DNA of 64,000 bases from the human T2T-CHM13v2.0 reference genome, Homo sapiens: the NCBI RefSeq assembly GCF_009914755.1, contig NC_060937.1, one strand, 5' to 3'. Under the pieces are notes generated by a model, which was not told the origin of the DNA, made no database searches, and was given only the letters and a program-made list of their open reading frames with translations. A program made the translations under genes and the position numbers. Below are positions 24,684-33,470 of this stretch, piece after piece. The stretch's first letter is position 1; every line of letters starts with the position of its first letter.

Positions 24684-25509
24684 TGTATTAGCTTGCTAGG
24701 GCTGTGATGTAGTTTGGGTATTTGTCCCTGCCCAAATCTCATGTTGAATTGTAATCTCCCGTGCTGGAGATGGAGCTTAGTGGGAAGTGTTTGGATCATG
24801 GAGGCGGATCCCTCATGGCTTGGTGCTGTCTTCCTTATAGTGAGTTCTCATGAGATGTGGTAATTTAAGAGTGTGTGGCACCTTTCCCTTCACTCTCTCC
24901 CCTTCTTCTGCTTTCCACATGTGATGTGCCTGTTCCCCCTTTGCCTTCTGCCATGAATGAAAGCTCTCTGAGGCTTCGTCAGAAGCTGAGCAGATGCTAG
25001 CACCATGCTTCCTGTAAAGCCTGCAGAACGTGAGCCAATTAAACCTCTTTTCTTCATAAATTATGCACTCCCAGGTATTTCTTTACAGCAATGCAAAAGC
25101 GACCTAACACAGGCTTCCATAACAAAATATCACAGATGGGATGACTTAAACATCAGGAGTTTCTTTTCTTACAATTTTGGAAGCTGGAAGTCCAAGATCA
25201 AGGTACTGGCAGGGTTGATTTCTTCTAAGGCCACTGTCTTTGGCTTGCCTATGGCTGCCTTCTCTTCGTGTGCTCACATGGTCTTTCCTTTGCGCTAATG
25301 CATCTCTGGTATCTTTCTGTGTATTTAACTTTATTAATCTGATAAGGGCTGGTCAGATTACACTAGGCCCATACTAAAGGCCTCCTTTTCACTTAACTGT
25401 CTCTTTAAAGGCCCTGTTTCCAAATATAGTCACAGTCCAAGGTACTAGAGGTAAGAACTTCAACATGCGACTTATGGGCCGGGTTGTGGGGAGAGCACAG
25501 TCCATAACA
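24684..25509 (-). mobile_element. MLT1A/B-like solo LTR split by an MST LTR
   Basis: tgtattagcttgctagggctg [MST] ...ccataacaaaatatcacagatggg...cacagtccataaca. Confidence 0.8.
24705..25111 (+). mobile_element. MSTA/MSTB solo LTR
   Basis: TGATGTAGTTTGG...cccaaatctcatgttgaattgtaat...CTAACACA. TSD ggctg (24700-24704) / ggctt (25112-25116). Confidence 0.9.
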
Positions 25510-26629
25510 TCTCTCTTAAAATTTGAGAGAGATAGCTGGGAATTAAAACCCTGATTTTATCTTCTTGCAGCCCTATTCTCTGAAGCATAGTGAATTATGT
25601 ATCATAATTCCATGCTGTATGCTAAATTGCAGATAATATCTGGTTTTCAGAACTGTTTATTGTGAAGCCCTGAAGTTGCAGCTGCCCCAGGAGGAATGTG
25701 GCTTGACATATATTCCCAGAGAGGTTTGCTAACAAACATAATTCATGCTTGGTTAAGGGAAGGAGAGGTAGTTTCCCTCCCAGTCCCTGACCAACAGAGC
25801 ACACCCAGTGCATGGAGTGGTCTGACAGCTGGCCTGATAGTCCAAGACCTCTCAATAGGACTGTTTGGCTATGAATGACAGTGCTGCCCGCTTTCAGCCT
25901 TTCAAATCAAATTATGATGACTGATGGGACCCCATTAAGTCTTGTGGGTCTTTTTGTTGACTCTGATTTCCAAAACAATTAATATTAAATTAGAGGCCAG
26001 GTAGAATGTGAAGCGGGAAGAGCAAGTCGTAACAAAGAGTTTCAACAAACTCTTTTTGCATGCATTTCATATATGTTCAGCAGGCACAAAACTATCGTCT
26101 TTTCAAAGATGACAGAGGCAGTGACATTAACGAAGCGTGAAAGTTTTAAACTACAACGAGCAGATTGGGAACTGCAAGGGTTTTAGTGTAGATAAAACAT
26201 AGTCAGGGGCACAAATCAAGAGATTAAGGAGGAAAATAGGTGTTGAGACCATTGAAGGTTCTTTCAGGCTTACTAAGAATTTGTTTCCTATTTGGTAGTC
26301 ATAGAATGTCAATTTAACTGAAATGCTTTACACTAAAGAATTTGATGATTAAATGCGTGTTTTTAAAAATGAATTCCATTGGCCAAATGACAGATGACTT
26401 TAAGTGCTTACTTCTTTACTGCCCAGAGATCTTTCAAGATCCCATTAAACCAAAGTACTAAAACTCAAAATATTTGTTTCATTGTGCCCTTTAGAAATGT
26501 GAACTTACAAAAGATTCAGTGCAGAAAACAAGAAAATAAACATGAAACATTAGTTCAAATGAGGTGTGCTTATCACATCAGGGCACTGGGTCTTAAACCT
26601 TGGTGTGCCTCCAATCTAGGGTAAATGAA

Positions 26630-27120
26630 GAGAGAGATTTTTCCATGGGTGTATCTGGAGATGTACGCATGTTAAAGCATAACAAAATTTGGGATTAATC
26701 AATTGTTCATCAGTGGGAGAATGGATAAATATTTGTGAAATGTTCATACACTTGAATCAGAGGTATAGAAATGTACAGAGAAGAGCTAAAAACACAGCGT
26801 GGAATAAAAAATTAAGTTGCAAGAATAAGTTGCTCTGTATTGACTGACAGCATTTATATAACTTTGTAAAAACATAATGAAACACATTACTTATAGAAAC
26901 AGAATTTCAGTACAAACATGGTCTAATGGAACACTCATCAAATTCATCACATTGGTTCACTCAGAGTGGGAAGGTAGGGAAATGAACTTTAAGATAGGAA
27001 AAAAAGGGATTCTATTTTATTTCTAAACTATTGCAAAAATGACAAATATAAATATAGTTAATCCTAGGTCATGAGTATGCACTTCTGTAAATCTCTGTAC
27101 TTTTCTAAAATTGTTTTCAC
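26630..27120 (+). mobile_element. Old L1 (L1ME-like) 3' fragment
   Basis: tgttcatcagtgggagaatggataaat...tgttcatacac resembles old L1 3' region. Boundaries approximate. Confidence 0.5.
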
Positions 27121-27146
27121 TTTTTCAAATCATCTTTTAAAGAGAC

Positions 27147-27599
27147 TTTCATGCTCGTGCATGTGAAGAGACCACCAAACAGGCTTTGTGTGAGCAACAT
27201 GGCTGTTTATTTCACCTGGGTGCAGGCAGGCTGAGTCCAAAAAGAGAGTCAGCGAAGGGAGATAGGGGTGGGGCTGTTTTATAGGATTTGGGTAGGTAAA
27301 GGAAAATTACAGTCAAAGGGGGTTTGTTCTTTGGCGGGCAGGAGTGGGGGTCCCAAGGTGCTCAGTGGGGGTGTTTTTTGAGCCAGGATGAGCCAGGAAA
27401 AGGACTTTCACAAGGTAATGTCATCACTTAAGGCAAGGACCGGCCATTTACACTTCTTTTGTGGTGGAATGTCATCAGTTAAGGTGGGGCAGGGCATATT
27501 CACTTCTTTTGTGATTCTTCAGTTACTTCAGGCCATCTGGGCTTATATGTGCAAGTCACAGGGGATGCAATGGCTTGGCTTGGGCTCAGAGGCCTGACA
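27147..27599 (-). promoter_or_regulatory. LTR7 3' LTR of provirus B (poly(A) signal 27206-27211)
   Basis: PPT immediately upstream on the minus strand. Two ACAAAAGAAGTG copies in U3. Confidence 0.95.
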
Positions 27600-28219
27600 T
27601 TCCTGCCTTCTTATATTAATAAGAAAAATAAAACAAAATAGTGTTGAAGTGTTGGGGCAGTGAAAATTTTTGGGGGGTGATATGGAGAGAGAATGGGTGA
27701 TGTTTCTCAGGGCTGCTTCAAGCGGGATTAGGGGCAGCGTGGGAACCTAGAGTGGGAGAGATTAAGCTGAAGGGAGGTCTTGTGGTAAGGGGTGATATTG
27801 TGGGGTTGTTAGAAGAAACATTTGTTGTGTAGAATTATTGGTTATGGCCTGGATATGGTTTTGGATGAATTGAGAAACTAAATGGAATAACAGAAGGAGA
27901 AAAACAGGTATAAAAGTTCTAAGAATTGGGACAACTCAGGATATCTGATTAGAGAGTGCCTAAGGAGATTCAGCATAGTCCTGCCAGCAAAGATTATGTA
28001 TTTACTTCAAGAGTTAAGAGTGGCAGTTTGGGGATAGCACGAGGAGATATCAGCTGTGATGGCTTGGAGAAACTGTAAACCGGCAGTGTAAACAAGAGCA
28101 GGGCATGTATGAGTAGTTGAGAACGGTGAATAGGAGTATGACTAGACAGAAGATAATAGGGATGACAAGTTTTTTGGGGCACAGTCTAAGTTGGTCTGGT
28201 GTCTGGAATGAGACTGGGG

Positions 28220-30010
28220 CCTAATAAAAAGGAGCGTCTATACAGGAGCTCAAATGGGCAGTACCCTGTAGCATTCCGAGGACAGGCCTGAATTCTGAGA
28301 AGGGAAAGTGGTTAAAGTATTGTCCAGTCCTTTTTAAGTTGGTGGCTGAGCTTGGTGAGGTGTGTTTTTAAAAGATCTTTAGTCCATTCTACTTTTCTTG
28401 AAGATGGAGGACCGTAAGGGATATAAAGGTTTCACTGAATACTAACAGCCTGAAAAACTGCTTGGCTGATTTGACTAATAAAGGCTGGTCTGTTATAAGA
28501 GTGTGTTGAGGTGGGAAGGCTAAACTGAGGAATTATGTCTGACAGAAAGGAAGAAATGACTGAGGTGGCCTTCTCAGACCCTGTGGGAAAGGCCTCTACC
28601 TATCCAGTGAAATTATCTACCTAGACTAAGAGGTATTTTAGTTATCTGACTCAGGACATGTTGAGTAAAGCTAATTTGCCAGTCCTGGGTGGGGGCAAAT
28701 CCTCGAGCTTGATGTGTAGGGAAGGGAGGGGGCCTGAATAATCCTTGAGTAGTAGTAGAATAGCAGATGGAACACTGAGAAGTTATTTCCTTGAGGATAG
28801 ATTTCCACGATGGAAAGGAAATGAGAGGTTCTAAGAGGTGGGCTAGTGGCTTGTACTATAGCATAACCTGCCTTTGCTGGTGTGTGGCGATTAGGCCTGG
28901 TGGAACCGCCATCAATAAATCAAGTGTGATCAGAGTGAGGAACACGAAAGAAGGAAATTTGGGGAAATGGGGTGAATGTCAGGTGGATCGGAGAGATACA
29001 GTCCTGGGTGTCAGGTGTGGTATCAGGAATAATGTGGGAGGCTGGATTGAAGTCTGGGCCAGGAACAATGGAATTGAGGGAGACTCAACAAAGAGTGAGT
29101 ACAGCTGAAGGAGCCGGGGAGCAGAAAGTATATGCATCAGGTATGAGGAAGAAAATAGATTTTGGAAGTTATGAGAACTGTAGAGAGTGAGTTGAGCATA
29201 GTTTGTGATTTTGAGGGCCTCTAAAAGTATTAATGCAGCGGCAGCCACTGCACGCAGACATGAGGGCTAGGCTAAAACAGTAGGTCAAGTTGTTTGGACA
29301 GAAAGGCTACAGGGTGTGGTCCTGGCTCTTGTGTAAGAATTCTGACCGCACTAACCATGCCTAGGAAGGAAAGGAGTTGTTGTTTTGTAGAAGGTGCTGG
29401 GGTTTGAGAGATTAGTCGGACACGATCAGCAGGGAGAGCACGTGTGTTTTTATGAGAATTATGCCGAGATAGGTAACAGATGAGGAAGAAATTTGGGCTT
29501 GATTGAAGTAATGGGGGCTGTCTGTGAAGCTTTGCAGCAGTACAGCCTAGGTATTTTGCTGAGCTTGATGGGTGTCAGGGTCAGTCTAAGTGAAAGTGAA
29601 GAGAGGCTGGGATTAAGGGTGCAAAGGAATAGTAAAGAAAGCATGTTTGAGATCCAGAACAGAATAATGGGTTATAGAGGCAGGTATTGAGGATAGGAGA
29701 ATATATGGGTTTGGCACCACTGGGTGGATAGGCAAAACAATTTGGTTAATAAGGCGCAGATCCTCAACTAACTTGTAAGGCTTGTCTGGTTTTAGGACAG
29801 GTAAAATGGGGGAATTGTAAGGAGAGTTTATAGGCTTTAAAAGGCCGTGCTGTAGCAGGCGAGTGATAACAGGCTTTAATCTTTTTAAAGCGTGCTGCGG
29901 GATGGGATATTGGGGTTGAGTGGCGTAAGGGTGATTAGGTTTTAATGAGATGATAAGGGGTGCATGATCAGTCACCAAGGAGGGAGTAGAGGTATTTTAT
30001 ACTTGCGGGT
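28220..30010 (-). pseudogene. pol: HERV-H pol remnant (provirus B)
   Basis: ORF 29613-29978: QYPI...NSPYNSPILPVLKPDKPYKLVEDLRLINQ...VLDLKHAFFTIPL. Disrupted downstream. Confidence 0.9.
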
Positions 30011-30079
30011 TAAGTTTGGGGGATACAAGAGGAGGATGCAAAGGAGGCTTTGGATTGGGAAGAAGGGCAGCAATGAGAT

Positions 30080-30356
30080 GCAGCTGTAGTCCAGGAATAG
30101 TCAGGGAAGCAGACAATTTAGTTAAAGTGTCTCAGCCTAATAAGGGAACTGGGCAGGTGGGGATAACTAAAAAGGAGTGCTTAAAAGAGTATTGTCTAAG
30201 TTGGCCCCAGAGTTGGGGAGTTTTAAGAGGTTTAGAAGCCTGGCCATCAATACCGACAACAGCTGTGGAGGCAAGGGAAAAAGGCCCTTGAAAAGAAGGT
30301 AATGTGGAGTGGGTAGCCTCCGTATTGATTAAGAAGGGGACGGGCTTACCTTCCAC
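30080..30356 (-). pseudogene. pro: HERV-H protease remnant (provirus B)
   Basis: FLINTEATHS at the DTGA position. Stop codon after PLLG. Confidence 0.85.
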
Positions 30357-30399
30357 TGTGAGAGTTACCTGAAGCTGGGCATCCGTGATGGTCTAGGGG

Positions 30400-31625
30400 G
30401 CTTCCGAGGCAATCAGGCAGCGTCAGTCTTCAGCCGCTAAGCCAAGAAGATCTGGGAAGCAGTCAGAGAGCCTTGGGCCAGAGTTCCAGGGGCTCTGGGA
30501 GTGGCTGCCAGGTGAGTTGGACAGTCCGATTTCCAGTGGGGTCCGGCACAGATGGGACGTGGCTTAGGAGGAATCCTGGGCTGCAGGCATTCCTTGGCCT
30601 GGTGGCCACGTTTCTGGCACTTGTAGCAAGCTCCTGGGGGAGGAGGTTCTGGAGGAACACCTGGCCGCTGCGGTTCAGGCGTTTGGAAGTTCTTGTGTGC
30701 TGGAGATGCGGCTGGGGTTTGTCTCACAGTGGGGACAAGGAATTGCAACTTTTTTCTATTATTGTACACCTTGAAGGCGAGGTTAGTTAAATCCTGTTGT
30801 GGGGTTTGAGGGCCGGAATTTAATTTTTGGAGTTTTATTTAATGTGGGGAGCAGATTGGATAATAAAATGTATATTGAGAATAAGACAGCCTTTTGACCT
30901 TTTAGGGTCTAGGGCTGTAAAGTGTCTCAGGGTTGCTGCCAAACGATCCATGAACTGGGCTGGATTTTTATATTTGATGAAAAAGAGCCTAAACGGTTCT
31001 GATTTGGGATAAAGAAAAAGGAGCATTAACCTTGACTATGCCTTTGGCTCCAGCCACCTTTTTAAGAGTAAATTGCTGGGCAGGTGGGGGAGGGCTAGTC
31101 ACAGAACGAAACTGTAAGCCCGACCAGGTGTGAGGAGGGGAGGCGATAAAAAGATTATAGGGTGGAGGAGCGGAGGCTGAGGAAGAATTGGGACCTAGCT
31201 CGGGCTGGCGAGGAGGGGAGAGGTCAGATAGGTCTGTAGAAAAGGAAGATTAGAAAGACTCAGCGACGCTTGGGATTGGGACTGAGGGGACAGGTGGGAG
31301 GGAAAGAAGATTTGGGATGAGTTGCACTGGGCACAGAGACTAGGAAGGGACTGATGTGTAAAAGAATGCCTGGACGTCAGGCACCTCAGATCATTTGCCT
31401 ATTTTATGACAAGAATTATTTAGATCTTGCAGGATGGAGAAATTCAAAGTTCCATTTTCTGGCTATTTGGAACTACTGTTGAGTTTGTATTGGGGTCAAG
31501 CGGCATTGCAGAAGAAAATAAGGCATTTAGGTTTTAGGTCAGGTGTGAGTTGAAGAGGTTTTAAGTTTTTGAGAACACAGGCCAAGGGAGTAGAAGGAGG
31601 AATGGAGGGTGGAAGTTTGCCTATA
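30400..31625 (-). pseudogene. gag: HERV-H gag remnant (provirus B)
   Basis: Zinc knuckle CYKCQKRGHQAKEC at 30587-30628. The start codon position reads ATA where provirus A has ATG. Confidence 0.85.
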
Positions 31626-31719
31626 GTGGAGGAAGCAAGCCTCGAGAAAAGAGAGAGTAGAGAAACGGAGGGAAGGGGTTCAGGGATTCTTACCTTTCAG
31701 AAAAGTGAGAAAAGGGGTT

Positions 31720-31865
31720 GGGGTGCAGATATAAGAGTTCGGGGCACGGAAATAAGGGATGGGGTGCAGAAATAAGGGGTCGGGGCACGGAAATAAGGGG
31801 TCGGGGCATGGAAATAAAGGATTGGGGCATGGAGATACTAGGTTGGGGTGCGGAAATAAGGTATT
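31720..31865. repeat. Minisatellite of 7 x ~21 bp (GGGGYRYRGAAATAAGGGRTY-like) in the HERV-H leader
   Basis: Units start at 31720, 31741, 31761, 31782, 31803, 31824 and 31845. Confidence 0.9.
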
Positions 31866-32252
31866 GGACATTCTTGCCCCCTAGAAAAGCGGGACTTGCC
31901 GCTAAGGGTGAAAGAGAAGGGGTTGAGGGGTACTTGCCCCTCCCTCAGAAAAGCGGGACTTGCCGCTAAAGGTGAAGGACCAAGGCAGGCGTCCCTGCGT
32001 GGTCTGACACCCGTGAAACGTGGGTGTATAATCAGAGAGGTGTCCCTGCAATGATTAAACACCAAGGGAAGGCTGCCTTCCCAGTCCGTGACCGGCACCG
32101 GAGTTTTGGGTCCACGGATAAAACGTGTCTCCTTTGTCTCTCCCAGAAAATGAAAGGAATTGAAATTAAGAGAAGGGAGAGATTGAAGAGTGGAAAGGAG
32201 AAAGTGGTTGAGGGACAGTGAGAGAGGCTGGAGAAGAGAGTAAGAAGAGGCC

Positions 32253-32261
32253 GCTTACCTG
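32253..32261 (-). promoter_or_regulatory. HERV-H major splice donor CAG|GTAAGC (provirus B)
   Basis: Plus strand reads gcttacctg, ~130 nt downstream of the PBS. The equivalent site in provirus A is CCG|GTAGGC (~18714-18722). Confidence 0.75.
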
Positions 32262-32384
32262 ATTTAAAATTGATGAGATGTTCCTTGGGCTGGTCAGTCT
32301 GAGGACCTGAGGCCATAGGTGGATCTTTCTCACGGAGCAAAGAACAGGAGTACAGGGGATTGATCTCCCAAGGGAGGTCCCCAG

Positions 32385-32402
32385 ATCCAAGTCACGGCAT
32401 CA
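32385..32402 (-). other. Primer-binding site for tRNA-His (2 mismatches)
   Basis: Minus strand tgatgccgtgacttggat. Confidence 0.9.
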
Positions 32403-32404
32403 AA

Positions 32405-32854
32405 TTTCATGTGCGTCGGCGTGAAGAGACCACCAAACAGGCTTTGTGTGAGCAACATGGCTGTTTATTTCACCTGGGTGCAGGCGGGCTGAGTCCAAAG
32501 AGAGAGTCAGCGAAGGGAGATAAGGGTGGCACTGTTTTATAGGTTTTGGGAAGGTAAAGGAAAATTACAGTCAAAGGGGTTTTGTTCTCTGGCGGGCAGG
32601 AGTGGGGGTCGCAAGGTGCTCAGTGGGGGTGCTTTCTGAGCCAGGATGAGCCAGGAAAAGGACTTTCACAAGGTAATGTCGTCACTTAAGGCAAGGACCG
32701 GCTATTTACACTTTTGTGGTGGAATGTCATCAGTTAAGGTGGGGCAGGGCATATTCACTTCTTTTGTGATTCTTCAGTTACTTCAGGCCATCTGGGCGTA
32801 TACGTGCAAGTCACAGGGGATGTGATGGCTTGGCTTGGGCTCAGAGGCCTGACA
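32405..32854 (-). promoter_or_regulatory. LTR7 5' LTR of provirus B (candidate pluripotency promoter/enhancer)
   Basis: TATAAAA on the minus strand at ~32535-32541. U3 has the duplicated CACAAAAG block. 11 CpGs. Confidence 0.95.
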
Positions 32855-33269
32855 GAGACTTTTTTCCTCACCTGTAATCCCTTATAATTATATTATACTT
32901 TATACTTTGCCTGCACTTAATATATTTATTGCCTCATAACCTGCTTATGATTTAGATGGGAAAAAGTAAAGGTCTTTATTCTTAACTGAGTCTCAAAAAG
33001 GTGAAGTGCCTTACCCCAACATTTCCTTATAATTATTAAAAAATGAGATGGAAGTTCAGTCCCAGCATTTCTGACACTCAGGCAAGTGGTTCTCATTCTC
33101 CTGCAAGGGCTCTGTCTGCACTGTGAGAACTTCTACGGAACTCACCAGAATTGGCAAAAAACACTTAAATTTCAATGTGGCCCTTCTCTTTTCCCATCTC
33201 TACAATTTATTTTGTTCTAAATATAGTTGAGGGCCTGGGGCTCATGAATTTAGGTGATGTTTTATGATG

Positions 33270-33470
33270 CAGTAGATGAGGGTGAAAGCTGTGATTGGTA
33301 ATGCCAGCTCTGCCACATTCTAGCATCCTGGACATTGACAAGCTACTTATATATGCTCTGCCTCAGTTTTCTTGTAGATAAGATTACAAAATAATAGTAC
33401 TTTGGCATAAGATTATTGAGAATGAACTAGGTAATCCATAAAGTGCTTAGCATAGGTCCTATTAGAACTA
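33270..33470 (+). mobile_element. MIR SINE
   Basis: ccagctctgccac...ctctgcctcagttttctt...ataatagtac. Confidence 0.65.

Larger units (their letters stand above)
27147..32854 (-). mobile_element. HERV-H provirus B (LTR7-int-LTR7, internally deleted, 5708 bp)
   Basis: Reverse-complement of the same architecture as provirus A. Perfect TSD gagac (27142-27146 / 32855-32859). Confidence 0.98.

Noticed and set aside
31720-31865. CRISPR-like array
   Set aside because: Head-to-tail degenerate units without unique spacers, inside a primate ERV leader, and no cas genes.
18584-32340. HERV-H ORFs (e.g. 18584-19093, 20560-20943, 29613-29978) as functional proteins
   Set aside because: Short fragments with stops, frameshifts and mutated catalytic residues. 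There is no intact gag, pol or env.
18140-32854. The two proviruses as a fold-back duplication or assembly artefact
   Set aside because: Different TSDs, different U3 subtypes, private indels, and flanks that are not duplicated.
18140-32854. Gene conversion between the inverted arms: both 5' LTRs read ccatcacat and both 3' LTRs ccattgcat, and a few B-LTR differences match the A state (32551, 27265, 32636)
   Set aside because: The first site is a hypermutable CpG, and diagnostic bases a few nt from the other sites are not converted. Homoplasy is more likely. A formal GENECONV-type test would be needed.
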